From positions 16,083 through 80,082 of the forward strand of contig JAXDJJ010000035.1 in assembly GCA_034665745.1 (NCBI GenBank): a DNA stretch of 64,000 bases. Direction: 5' to 3'. Positions 49,179 through 58,563 of the stretch are shown here, piece after piece. A program made the translations under genes and the position numbers. Source of the stretch: Actinomycetota bacterium (GTDB lineage Bacteria > Actinomycetota > CADDZG01 > WHSQ01). Numbering within the stretch: position 1 is the first letter of the stretch; each line of letters starts with the position of its first letter. The notes beneath the pieces are model-generated. The model worked only from the letters and a program-made list of their open reading frames with translations, had not been told where the DNA came from and ran no database searches.

Positions 49179-49290
49179 GGGCGCGGGACGATAGCACACC
49201 GCCCAAAACGGTTGAAAGGGTTCCCACGAGGGTGTACCGCGACCTGCTCAGGGGGCGATCCCGGCACCGCCTGCGGCTACTCTTTGGCCC

Positions 49291-52200
49291 ATGGCGGACT
49301 CCCTCTATTCCCCCGTGACCTCGCAGGTCAACTTCCCCGAGCTCGAGGTGGCGATGGCCCGTACGTGGAAGGACGAGCGGGTCTTCGAGCGCTCTCTCGA
49401 ACAGCGAGAGGGGCGCCCCGAATGGGTCTTCTACGAGGGGCCACCCACAGCCAACAACAAGCCCGGGATCCACCACGTGGAAGCCCGGGTGTTCAAGGAC
49501 ATCTTCTGCCGCTACCAGACGATGCGAGGCCATTACGTCTCTCGGAAGGCGGGATGGGACTGTCACGGGCTGCCGGTTGAGGTCGAGGTCGAGAAAGAGC
49601 TCGGCATCACGAACAAGCGCCAGATCGAAGACGAGGTCGGGATCGAGGTCTTCGTCGAGAAGTGCCGTGAGTCGGTCCAGCGCTACGTCGGCGAATGGGA
49701 GCCCTTCACCGATCGGATCGGGTTCTGGGTCGATCTCGATCAGGCCTACTGGACGATGACCCCGTCCTACATCGAGACGGTGTGGTGGCTCCTTAGGCAG
49801 ATCTGGGACAAGGGCCTGCTCGAGGAAGATTTCAAGGTCGTGCCGTACTGCCCCCGGTGCGAGACATCGTTGTCGAATCACGAGCAGCACCAGACGGATG
49901 CGTACCAAACCGTTTCGGACCCATCTGCCTACGTGCGCTTTCCCCTAGCGGCCGACCCCGATACGTCCCTTCTCGTATGGACGACTACACCGTGGACCTT
50001 GCTGGCGAACATGGCCGCAGCCGTCCACGAGAACATCGTCTATTCGAAAGTCGTCGATCCCAAGTTGCCGGGCAAGCACCTGATCGTGGCGCGAGAACGC
50101 ATCGAGCACCTCTTCGGCGAGGACGCGGTGATCGTCGAAGACATCCCCGGCACCGAGCTGATCGGGCGCAAGTACACGCCCCCGTTCGACTTCGTCGGCG
50201 ATACCGATGTGGCGCACACCGTCAGGCCCGGCGACTTCGTCACGACCGAAGACGGCACAGGCATCGTGCATCTCGCTCCGTACGGCGAAGACGACATGGC
50301 GGTCGGCAAGCGCGACGAGCTCCCCATCACCCAGATGATTGCCTCGGATGGGCATGTCGTTCCAGAAGGCGGAGAGTTCGCCGGTCTGTGGATCAAGGAT
50401 GCCGATCCCAAGATCATCGAGAACCTCGAAGCCCGCGACCTGTTGTGGAAGGCAGAGGTTTACAGCCACAGTTATCCGCATTGCTGGCGTTGCAAGACAC
50501 CCTTGCTCTATTACCCGCGCAAGGACTGGTACATCCGCACGTCGCAGATCCGGGACCAGCTTCAGAAGTCGAACGAGGAAACGAACTGGCAGCCGCCGAC
50601 CATCAAGTACGGCCGTTTCGGCGACTGGCTCGCGAACAACGTCGACTGGTCCCTATCGCGCGATCGCTACTGGGGCACTCCTCTGCCGATATGGCGCTGC
50701 TCTCAGGAACATGCAACGTGCGTCGGTTCGTTCACCGAGCTTTCCGATCTCGCGGGCCGGGACATCACCGGCATAGACCCCCATCGCCCTTACATCGACG
50801 ACATCACGATCACCTGTCCCGAGTGCGGTGAGACCGCGCAGCGCGTTCCGAGCGTCATCGACACATGGTTCGACGCCGGGTCGATGCCTTTCGGCCAGTG
50901 GCACTACCCGTTCGAGAACGAGGACGTCTTCGAGGCTCGTTACCCCGCCGATTTCATCTCGGAGGCGATCGACCAAACGCGCGGGTGGTTCTACACGCTG
51001 CTCGCCATCTCGACGCTCGTGCGGGGTCACAACTCGTTCAAGAACGTCGTCTGCCTCGGCCACATCGTCGATGCAGATGGCCGCAAGATGTCGAAGTCCG
51101 TCGGCAACGTGATCGATCCCTGGTCGATCCTCGATGTTCAGGGCGCCGACGCACTGCGTTGGTACATGCTGACGGGCGGAACCCCATGGTCGTCGCGCCG
51201 TCTCTCGGCGGAGATCGTTCAGGAATCCCTACGCAAGTACCTGCTGACGTTGTGGAACACATATTCGTTCTGGGTGACCTATGCAGCCCTCGAAGGTTTC
51301 GACCCGGCTACCGATGATGTGCCTCTGGCCGACAGATCCGACATGGATCGGTGGATCCTCGCCGAACTCGACACCTGCATACGCGAGACGACGACCGGCC
51401 TGGACGAGTTCGACCCGACGCGTGGTGGGCGCCGGCTCGACCGGTTCGTCGACGATCTATCCAACTGGTACGTGCGCCGATCCCGCCGGCGGTTCTGGAA
51501 GTCAGGACAAGACACCGACACGAAGGCCGCGTTCCGCACGTTGTGGGAGTGCCTCGTCACTGTGGCCCAACTGAGTGCCCCTTACACGCCACACGTGTCG
51601 GACGTGCTGTATCGGAACCTCACCGGCCCCCTTTCCGATGCACCGAGCTCAGTGCACCTGAGTGACTGGCCCGAACCGGACGCGGCACGCGCGGACGACA
51701 CGCTGCGTCGGAGCATGGAGCTCGTGCGGCAGTTGGTCACGCTTGGCAGATCGGCCCGAACGGATGCCAAGGTGCGCGTTCGACAGCCGCTAGCGCGTGC
51801 GGTGATCGTCATGCCGTCGGCGCATGCTCGAGACCTAGAAGGGCTGGAAGATCTCGTGTCGGAGGAGCTCAATGTCAAACACATCGAGGTCGTATCCGGG
51901 CTCGCCGACCTCGTGAGCTACTCCGTGAAACCGAACTTCAAGGCCCTCGGACCCCGCTTCGGAGCGCGGGTGAAAGACGTGGCCGCCGCTCTCGGGGCAG
52001 CCGACGCCCGCTCGGTGGTCGAGTCCATCGAAGGCACGGGCGAAGCGCAGATCACGCTTGGTGGCAAGAGCGAGACCCTGACGCGCGACGAGCTCGACGT
52101 CAGGGTCGAAGGCCGAGAAGGGTTCTCCCTCGTTCAGGATGGCCCTTACGGGGTGGCGCTCGACCTCGAGATCACCGATGAGCTCAGGGCTGAAGGCATC

Positions 52201-52443
52201 GCGCGAGAAGTGGTTCGAGCGATCCAAGATCTGCGTAAGGCGAAAGGCCTCGCTGTGGAGGATCGCATCACGCTGCGCTTAGGAGCAGACGACCCCGTGA
52301 TCACTGGTGCGCTCGAAGCGCATCGAGACTTCGTCGCTCGCGAGGTGCTGGCCACGGAGTTCGAGCTAACCGGTTCGGTTCCCGACGCCGATGAGGTCGC
52401 GCTGGACGAAGGCGTCGTGCACGTGAGTCTGGAGAAGAGCTAG
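49291..52443 (+). CDS. ileS: Isoleucyl-tRNA synthetase
   Basis: 1050 aa. Class I signature PTANNKPGIHHV, KMSKS loop (RKMSKSVGN) and a CP1 editing domain. An in-frame TGA at 49213 excludes any upstream start. Confidence 0.97.
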   Translation: MADSLYSPVTSQVNFPELEVAMARTWKDERVFERSLEQREGRPEWVFYEGPPTANNKPGIHHVEARVFKDIFCRYQTMRGHYVSRKAGWDCHGLPVEVEVEKELGITNKRQIEDEVGIEVFVEKCRESVQRYVGEWEPFTDRIGFWVDLDQAYWTMTPSYIETVWWLLRQIWDKGLLEEDFKVVPYCPRCETSLSNHEQHQTDAYQTVSDPSAYVRFPLAADPDTSLLVWTTTPWTLLANMAAAVHENIVYSKVVDPKLPGKHLIVARERIEHLFGEDAVIVEDIPGTELIGRKYTPPFDFVGDTDVAHTVRPGDFVTTEDGTGIVHLAPYGEDDMAVGKRDELPITQMIASDGHVVPEGGEFAGLWIKDADPKIIENLEARDLLWKAEVYSHSYPHCWRCKTPLLYYPRKDWYIRTSQIRDQLQKSNEETNWQPPTIKYGRFGDWLANNVDWSLSRDRYWGTPLPIWRCSQEHATCVGSFTELSDLAGRDITGIDPHRPYIDDITITCPECGETAQRVPSVIDTWFDAGSMPFGQWHYPFENEDVFEARYPADFISEAIDQTRGWFYTLLAISTLVRGHNSFKNVVCLGHIVDADGRKMSKSVGNVIDPWSILDVQGADALRWYMLTGGTPWSSRRLSAEIVQESLRKYLLTLWNTYSFWVTYAALEGFDPATDDVPLADRSDMDRWILAELDTCIRETTTGLDEFDPTRGGRRLDRFVDDLSNWYVRRSRRRFWKSGQDTDTKAAFRTLWECLVTVAQLSAPYTPHVSDVLYRNLTGPLSDAPSSVHLSDWPEPDAARADDTLRRSMELVRQLVTLGRSARTDAKVRVRQPLARAVIVMPSAHARDLEGLEDLVSEELNVKHIEVVSGLADLVSYSVKPNFKALGPRFGARVKDVAAALGAADARSVVESIEGTGEAQITLGGKSETLTRDELDVRVEGREGFSLVQDGPYGVALDLEITDELRAEGIAREVVRAIQDLRKAKGLAVEDRITLRLGADDPVITGALEAHRDFVAREVLATEFELTGSVPDADEVALDEGVVHVSLEKS

Positions 52444-52796
52444 GCGCTTTGAAGGATCGCGTCGAGGTCCGGTAGGTCGCCTTTGACGTAGTGGTCGTCA
52501 GCCCACTCCGGCTTCCGTTGGAGGATCCCTGAGTAAGCGATGATCTTGGCATCCGGATGAGAGAGACGGATCTCGCGTGCCGCCGCATCTCCATCCATCT
52601 TGGGCATCGCGTAGTCGAGGACGATCACGTCGGGGTCGAAGCTCTCGACCATCTCAAGGGCTTGAACACCGTCGACGGCTTCCCGAACTTCTCCGACGTT
52701 GTCTTCTACCGACAGCACCATCCGTAGGAGATCGCGGATCGAGTCATCGTCATCGACGATAAGGATGTTCACCGACACCCCATGCCCCCCGGTCAT
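52440..52796 (-). CDS. Single-domain (CheY-like) response regulator
   Basis: 118 aa. ILIVDDDDSIRDLL, DVIVLDYAMPKMDG. No output domain. The stop shares CTAG with the ileS stop. Confidence 0.88.
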   Translation of the reverse strand: MTGGHGVSVNILIVDDDDSIRDLLRMVLSVEDNVGEVREAVDGVQALEMVESFDPDVIVLDYAMPKMDGDAAAREIRLSHPDAKIIAYSGILQRKPEWADDHYVKGDLPDLDAILQSA

Positions 52797-52865
52797 TCCG
52801 ATGACATCCCTTCGAACGGCGCTGACTTCATTACAGCAAGCATCCGGCCGGGAGTGGGTATCTCT

Positions 52866-52898
52866 GAATAAGTAAGTTAAGCAAGCCCTAGGGCTTGC
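52866..52898 (-). terminator. Terminator-like palindrome overlapping the stop of the 52888 gene
   Basis: GCAAGCCCTAGGGCTTGC (52881-52898) is an 18-nt perfect palindrome, followed on the minus strand by TTAACTTACTTATT. Confidence 0.45.
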
Positions 52899-53277
52899 AG
52901 ATGCCGCAGGGCCGCATACCGGCCTTACGGGCCGCGGCTTTCGTCATCGTTTGTGCGCCCTTGGACGACGCGTAACGGCATTCCGAGCGGTGGAAGCGCT
53001 TCGTGTCGGGGATGCCCACAACTTCTTGGGTGGCCTCTTGCTCGGCTGCGGTGCGCTCCTTGGCCGCCTCTTCCGCTTCCTTGGCGGAGGCTCTCCGCTC
53101 GACCGCGACGGCTTCCTGACGGCTGCGGAAGAAAGCAAGGGCCAGCGCCACCGCGGCCCCCACGCTCGCAACGATCGACGTCCAGATGGCGGACTCGTTA
53201 GCGGATACCCAACCTAAGACAAGGGCGATCGCGGAAGCGGCGATCAATAGAACGGACGCGCCGATAAGAGCCGTCAT
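52888..53277 (-). CDS. Membrane-anchored protein with a C-terminal Ada-like metal-binding motif
   Basis: Two N-terminal TM helices, a charged linker, and C-terminal FHRSECRY...GMRPCGICKP (the H/C...CxxC pattern of Ada-type Zn-binding domains). Confidence 0.65.
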   Translation of the reverse strand: MTALIGASVLLIAASAIALVLGWVSANESAIWTSIVASVGAAVALALAFFRSRQEAVAVERRASAKEAEEAAKERTAAEQEATQEVVGIPDTKRFHRSECRYASSKGAQTMTKAAARKAGMRPCGICKP

Positions 53278-53295
53278 CCTTGTAGTTGTACCTCG

Positions 53296-54078
53296 TTATT
53301 CGTCGCCCCAGAACAGACCACGCAGGCCGCGACGAGGAGCACCTGTTTCGGCTTCCTCCGGCGGCGCTTCCTGATCGGAAGCCTGCACGGGCTGAGCTTG
53401 GGACGGAGACGATGGGCTAGGGCGCGCGGTCAGTTGCCCCGGTGGCGACGCCTCGCTCGAAACGGGGCGGGATACGACCGGAGCTGCTTGGGGTCGAGGT
53501 GTCGCGCCTGCTGGTGACACCGACGCGTTGGCCGCGCCCTCGGGGCGCGACGTCGTCCGCGGGCGATCATCGACCAGTCCTTCGAACGCCTTCAGCTGCT
53601 GCTCCATGAACAACTTGAGACGCTGCTTGAGCTCGGACTCGAACACCCTCAGTCGATCGATCGACGCGTCCAGCTCTCGCTTCTTGGTCGCATGGTCACG
53701 GTCGGCATCCAAGGTCTTTCGGCGCATCTCTTCTTCCAGGGTGCTCATGCGCGCGCGGGCCTCTTCGTTCGCTTTACCAACCCGCTGCTCGGCTTCGGTG
53801 ATGAGCTGTTCGGCCTTGGCCTTAGCACTAGCGATGGCCTCTTCGGAGGCTCGCTGCGCGGTCATAAGAGTCTTCTTCAACATCTCCTCGGTGTCGCGAC
53901 TTGTCGACACCGCTTGATCGAGCTCACGGATCCGGGTCTGCAATGACTGGTTCTCACGCAAGACTCGGTCGACGGTCTCCGCTACCCGATCGAGGAAGTC
54001 ATCGACCTCTTCCTGGTTATAGCCACGCCACGCATCGTGGAACTGCTTCTCGTGGATATTGCGCGCAGAGACGTCCAT
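53296..54078 (-). CDS. divIVA: DivIVA-family cell-pole/division protein (Wag31-like)
   Basis: N-terminal IHEKQFHDAWRGYNQEEVDDFLDRV, coiled coils, and a Pro/Ser-rich tail. Confidence 0.93.
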   Translation of the reverse strand: MDVSARNIHEKQFHDAWRGYNQEEVDDFLDRVAETVDRVLRENQSLQTRIRELDQAVSTSRDTEEMLKKTLMTAQRASEEAIASAKAKAEQLITEAEQRVGKANEEARARMSTLEEEMRRKTLDADRDHATKKRELDASIDRLRVFESELKQRLKLFMEQQLKAFEGLVDDRPRTTSRPEGAANASVSPAGATPRPQAAPVVSRPVSSEASPPGQLTARPSPSSPSQAQPVQASDQEAPPEEAETGAPRRGLRGLFWGDE

Positions 54079-54130
54079 GCCCGCAGTATCCCAAACCTCA
54101 GGAGCAATAAGGGGGCAATGCGAGGTGTGG

Positions 54131-54397
54131 CTAGAGGGAGCTTCCGGCGATCGTGCGGATCAGGATGTTGATGAGGATGAAGATCACTAGAGGCGAGAAG
54201 TCGAACCCTCCGACGGGCGGGATGTAGCGACGGAAGAAGCTCATGACCGGTTCGGTGAGCTCGTAGATCACCCTGATCACCGGCGTCAGTGCCGATGAGG
54301 GGGTCCAGAACATCGTCACCCATGACAGCAGGATGCGAGCGATAAGGACGTAGCTATAGACCTGGAGAGCCAGGATCAGGAGATAGGCAAGATCCAA
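54131..54397 (-). CDS. yggT: YggT-family membrane protein
   Basis: 88 aa with two TM segments (YVLIARILLSWV...F.PL). Conserved position between sepF and divIVA. Confidence 0.88.
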   Translation of the reverse strand: MDLAYLLILALQVYSYVLIARILLSWVTMFWTPSSALTPVIRVIYELTEPVMSFFRRYIPPVGGFDFSPLVIFILINILIRTIAGSSL

Positions 54398-54406
54398 ATG
54401 AGCCGA

Positions 54407-54877
54407 CTAAGCCTGGTTGTAGAAGCCGCTCTCCTCGAGGAAACGCCTTCTTTCCTCAGCCGAGACCTGGACTCCTGCGGGGGTCAGTAGATAGACACTG
54501 TCGGTCACGGCTTGCATCGAACCGTGCAGTCCGTACGCGAGTCCGCTAGCGAAGTCCACCAACCGGCGAGCGAGCTTTGGGTCGGCACCGACGAGATTCA
54601 TGATGACCGAGATCCCTTCGCGGAACTTGTCGCCGATCTCCTGAGCGTCGTTGAACGCGGTCGGCTGCACCACGTGCAACTTCGCTGAAGAAGGTGTCGG
54701 TATCGCGGTGACGACAGCATCACGTCTAACGGGACGCTCCTCACGGACCCGCCGCAACGGCTGGCGTTCGGGCGCGGCTGCAGGCTCTTCGTAGTCGTCC
54801 TCGTATGCGTACGCATCGAGCTCGTCGTCTTCGACGAGACCCAGGTACATGAGGGTTTTCCGCCATACGCCTGCCAT
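54407..54877 (-). CDS. sepF: Cell division protein SepF
   Basis: N-terminal amphipathic MAGVWRKTLMYLGLVEDDE and a C-terminal FtsZ-binding domain (DAQEIGDKFREGISVIMNL). Confidence 0.92.
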   Translation of the reverse strand: MAGVWRKTLMYLGLVEDDELDAYAYEDDYEEPAAAPERQPLRRVREERPVRRDAVVTAIPTPSSAKLHVVQPTAFNDAQEIGDKFREGISVIMNLVGADPKLARRLVDFASGLAYGLHGSMQAVTDSVYLLTPAGVQVSAEERRRFLEESGFYNQA

Positions 54878-54908
54878 GGCACGAAGGATATCCCGGGAAT
54901 GACCGGTT

Positions 54909-55592
54909 CTAACGGGTTCTCGGGCCGAATATCGCCCGGCCCACGCGCACGACGGTCGCTCCCTCTTCGATGGCGACTTCGAAGTCCCCGCTCATGCCCA
55001 TCGAGAGGTGATCCGCCCCCGCTATCTCCGCATGGACCGTGTCCCGGAGTTCGGCCAGCTCTTTGAAGTAGGGCCGTGCGCCTTCGGGGCTGTCGGTCTG
55101 GGGTGGGATGGCCATCAGACCCCTGACCCTCAGCCCGTCGAGAGCGTCTAGCTGCTCCACCAGAGCCAGCGCACGCTGGGGCTCGACCCCTGCCTTCATC
55201 GTTTCGGCTGCAATGTTTACCTCGACTAGGACATCCTGGATCAGGTCGAGCGATCGGGCTCGGCGGGCGATCGCCTCCCCGAGCCCGATGCGGTCGACGG
55301 AATGGATCAGCTCCGCCACTCCAACCACCTGGCGCACCTTGTTGGTCTGCAAAGGGCCGATGAAGTGCCACGTCGCACGCGTCCCCAAGACCGCTGCCTT
55401 CTCCTTGAGTTCCTGGGCACGGTTCTCACCGATGTCTGTGACGCCTGCGTCCAGTGCCGCCGCAACACGATCCGCCGGAAAGGTCTTTGCGACCGCTACC
55501 AACGTCACCTCCGAAGCAGATCGGCCGACGCGCTTGCACGCCGCATCGATCTTCGCCTTGACGTCGGCCAGTCTCTCGTCGAACGCCGTCAC
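54909..55592 (-). CDS. yggS: YggS-family PLP homeostasis protein
   Basis: VTLVAVAKT (PLP lysine), WHFIGPLQTNKV, LSMGMSGDF. Confidence 0.93.
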   Translation of the reverse strand: MTAFDERLADVKAKIDAACKRVGRSASEVTLVAVAKTFPADRVAAALDAGVTDIGENRAQELKEKAAVLGTRATWHFIGPLQTNKVRQVVGVAELIHSVDRIGLGEAIARRARSLDLIQDVLVEVNIAAETMKAGVEPQRALALVEQLDALDGLRVRGLMAIPPQTDSPEGARPYFKELAELRDTVHAEIAGADHLSMGMSGDFEVAIEEGATVVRVGRAIFGPRTR

Positions 55593-56332
55593 GCGAGGAG
55601 TCCGGTGAACGCGCCCTGCCTACCCGTTACGCGATCGCGCCGATAAGAGAAGTAGCGCGCGTCGCACGATGTGCACTCGGTTGTGGCCTCTACGTCCGCG
55701 ACACCGGCGTTGTGCAGGGCGACGACTGCAGCACGCCCGGGATCGACGTGATCGTCCGACGCGACCGGAAGTCCTGCACGGCGGAAAGCATCCACGACCT
55801 CCGGCCCGACCTCGTAACAGCAAGCATGGATAGAGGGTCCCACCCACGCCTTCGTCACCGAACCCAGCTCGGCGATGGCCGCCTCGATCGCACCGGAGAC
55901 GAGACCGCGCCATCCGGCATGGGCGACAGCGACCGCACCGTTGGTGTGAAGGACGACCGGGACGCAATCGGCGGTCAAGATGCCGATGACCCGTCCGGGG
56001 ACACGGGAGACGAGCACGTCTGCCTCACCGATCACGCCGGAATCCTCGGGACCTGCCGAGAGGACGTCTTTGCCGTGCACCTGCCGCGCCAAGACCAGGG
56101 CACCAACGTCGAAGCCTGCCGCGGCGGCGACCCGCGTCCGGTTCTCGTCCACATCAGCGAGGTCGTCGCCGACCCGGGCTGCCAGGTTCAGGGAGTCATA
56201 GGGGGCCTTGGACGTGCCGCCCTCGCGGTCGGCGAACGCAACCAGAACGCCTTCGCCGAGGGCTTCTTCGTCGCGCAGCAAGCGGATCCCGTTATGGATC
56301 GTTTCGGTCAACACCAGAGAAGTGTCCCCCAC
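55589..56332 (-). CDS. pgeF: YfiH/PgeF-family (laccase-domain) protein
   Basis: LARQVHG, ILTADCVPV, AHAGWRG, CCYEVG. Confidence 0.9.
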   Translation of the reverse strand: MGDTSLVLTETIHNGIRLLRDEEALGEGVLVAFADREGGTSKAPYDSLNLAARVGDDLADVDENRTRVAAAAGFDVGALVLARQVHGKDVLSAGPEDSGVIGEADVLVSRVPGRVIGILTADCVPVVLHTNGAVAVAHAGWRGLVSGAIEAAIAELGSVTKAWVGPSIHACCYEVGPEVVDAFRRAGLPVASDDHVDPGRAAVVALHNAGVADVEATTECTSCDARYFSYRRDRVTGRQGAFTGLLA

Positions 56333-56349
56333 GCGAACGCGGCCTTCGA

Positions 56350-56385
56350 GCCCACAAAAGAAAGCGGGACCCGAGGGTCCCGCTT
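56350..56385 (-). terminator. Intrinsic terminator downstream of ftsZ
   Basis: 11-bp stem aagcgggaccc/gggtcccgctt (56362-56385), followed on the minus strand by CTTTTGTGG. Confidence 0.7.
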
Positions 56386-56410
56386 CCAGGGAAGTTACCC
56401 GGGGTGTTCG

Positions 56411-57526
56411 CTATTCGTTACGCAAGAACGATGGGATCTCGAGGTCCTCGTTGTCGTCGAACACGAGGTGCGCCTCGCGCTCGGTCTCTCCTAGGAACCC
56501 AGGGGTCGAGTCGTCTACTGCGGTCAACGAGAAGATCTCCTCGTCGGGTCTGACGATCTCTTCGGCCTCGCGCTGTCCCCAGCGATCGAAGCCGGCGGCG
56601 ATAACGGTCACCCGCACCTCGTCACCAAGGGTGTCGTCGACGACGGCCCCGAAGATGATGTTCGCATCAGGGTGAGCGGCGGCCGAGATGATGCTGGCCG
56701 CTTCGTTGACCTCGGCTAGGCCAAGGTCTGATCCGCCGGCGATGTTCAGTAGTACCCCACGGGCGCCATCGATCGAGGCCTCGAGGAGCGGCGAAGAGAT
56801 GGCAACGCGCGCTGCCTCCGCGGCTCGATGCTCGCCGCGTGCCGTTCCGATACCCATCAATGACGATCCGGCCTCGGTCATGACTGCTTTCACATCGGCG
56901 AAGTCAAGGTTGATCAACCCGGGCGTGGTGATGAGATCCGTGATGCCCTGCACGCCCTGCAACAGAACCTCGTCTGCCATGCGGAACGCTTCCATGAAAG
57001 AGGTGTCCGGCTCGCTGACCTCGATCAGGCGATCGTTCGGGATGACGATCAAGGTGTCGACCTTGTCCTTGAGATTCAGGATGCCCTTGTCTGCGTTGGA
57101 GGCGCGGTGGCGACCTTCGAAACCGAAGGGACGCGTAACCACACCGATCGTCAGAGAACCGATCGACTTGGCGATCTCCGCCACGATCGGGGCGCCACCT
57201 GTTCCGGTACCGCCACCCTTGCCCGCGGTGATGAAGACCATGTCGGCGCCCTTGAGCACCTCTTCGATCTCGTCACGATGATCCTCGGCGGCTTGCCGGC
57301 CTACCTCCGGATCGGCTCCGGCACCGAGGCCCTTCGTGAGCTCTCGGCCGATGTCGAGTTTGACGTCTGCATCCGACATCAGAAGCGCTTGCGCGTCGGT
57401 GTTGATGGCGATGAACTCCACGCCCTTGAGCCCGACCTCGATCATGCGGTTCACGGCGTTAACACCACCCCCGCCGATGCCGACAACCTTGATCACTGCG
57501 AGGTAATTCTGGGGCCCAGTCGCCAT
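56411..57526 (-). CDS. ftsZ: Cell division GTPase FtsZ
   Basis: [13 protein letters not shown], tubulin signature [17 protein letters not shown]. Start set to the second ATG (57526), with GGGAGGA 7 nt upstream. The ORF-track start is 57628. Confidence 0.96.
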   Translation of the reverse strand: MATGPQNYLAVIKVVGIGGGGVNAVNRMIEVGLKGVEFIAINTDAQALLMSDADVKLDIGRELTKGLGAGADPEVGRQAAEDHRDEIEEVLKGADMVFITAGKGGGTGTGGAPIVAEIAKSIGSLTIGVVTRPFGFEGRHRASNADKGILNLKDKVDTLIVIPNDRLIEVSEPDTSFMEAFRMADEVLLQGVQGITDLITTPGLINLDFADVKAVMTEAGSSLMGIGTARGEHRAAEAARVAISSPLLEASIDGARGVLLNIAGGSDLGLAEVNEAASIISAAAHPDANIIFGAVVDDTLGDEVRVTVIAAGFDRWGQREAEEIVRPDEEIFSLTAVDDSTPGFLGETEREAHLVFDDNEDLEIPSFLRNE

Positions 57527-57744
57527 TGCCATTCCTCCCTTGTCCCTCCACCACGGCTCTACGGTTGCGCGCCCCGTCGTTACAGAGTTGCGTTTCCGCA
57601 GGTCAGAGGGTTGTTCCCAGCGGCTCAACCTAAGGTCGAGCCTTAGACTTATGTCAACCTACAGGTTACGGTTCAGGAATATATCGCGACGACTAGATGG
57701 GTCAAGCGCAACGCACGCGAAGTGTTCGCGCTCTCACACCTTCT

Positions 57745-58563
57745 CTACGCGCTAGGCGAAGGAGCCGGCGTTGCTTGCGACGTCCGGGGCGCCACTGCGG
57801 GGCTCGTCGGAACGCGGACATCGATGTAGGCCGCACTCCTCCCCTGCTCGTCGAGCCGCTTGAGCAAGGCATCGAGGACTTCGTTCTTCGCTTGCAGTCG
57901 CTCGGCCGCACCGAAGCGGATCAGGGTCCCATCGGTGAGAGAGAAACTGATGCGCTCGAAGGTTGGTGCGACCACCGCGACGATGTCGGCTCGGAGTTTG
58001 CCGGACATCGAGCGGAACGCCTTCAAAGCGTCTTGGATCTCGGGAGTGGTCAGTTGGGCGCCAACCTCGATGTCTCCGGTCTCCGCTCCTCCGAGTACAG
58101 GCAGGTCATCCGAGACGGCCCCAGAGTCCAGTACATATCCACGGGAATCGATCGTCCAGCGCGCGGCACCCAACGACACGACCATCGCGGGAACGCGCTC
58201 GGTGATGCGAACCCTCACCGTGCCCGGCAGCATCCGGTCGACCTCCGCGTCCTTCACCCAGGGAAGGGTCTCGGCGCGCATCTCGACGTCGGCGATCGAT
58301 AGCAACAAGAGGTTGTCGTCGGAGCCCAGGCCGGCCACGCGCGCAACGTCCTCGGACGTCGTGTGTTTCGCTCCGACCACCTTCACCTCGTCTACGGCCA
58401 GCAACGGAGATGCCAGGGCCACCCATGCAAGAGCTCCAAGGGCGGCGACGCAACCGACCCCGGTAACGATCCTTTTCCTCTTCGTCCGGGCAACCGCGCG
58501 CCGTCTGCGACTGATCCGGGGATCGGTCACGGCCCGCTCGCCTCGGGTTGCACTCCTACTCAT
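57745..58563 (-). CDS. ftsQ: Cell division protein FtsQ (POTRA domain)
   Basis: Basic cytoplasmic N-terminus, a single TM helix, then POTRA (VDEVKVVGAKHTTSEDV). Start ATG 58563 overlaps murB by 8 nt. Confidence 0.88.
   Translation of the reverse strand: MSRSATRGERAVTDPRISRRRRAVARTKRKRIVTGVGCVAALGALAWVALASPLLAVDEVKVVGAKHTTSEDVARVAGLGSDDNLLLLSIADVEMRAETLPWVKDAEVDRMLPGTVRVRITERVPAMVVSLGAARWTIDSRGYVLDSGAVSDDLPVLGGAETGDIEVGAQLTTPEIQDALKAFRSMSGKLRADIVAVVAPTFERISFSLTDGTLIRFGAAERLQAKNEVLDALLKRLDEQGRSAAYIDVRVPTSPAVAPRTSQATPAPSPSA

Noticed and set aside
49165-49908. 247-aa minus-strand ORF overlapping the ileS 5' region.
   Set aside because: It is antisense to a well-supported ileS. It has low-complexity, Leu/Arg/Pro-rich composition, no RBS and no motifs.
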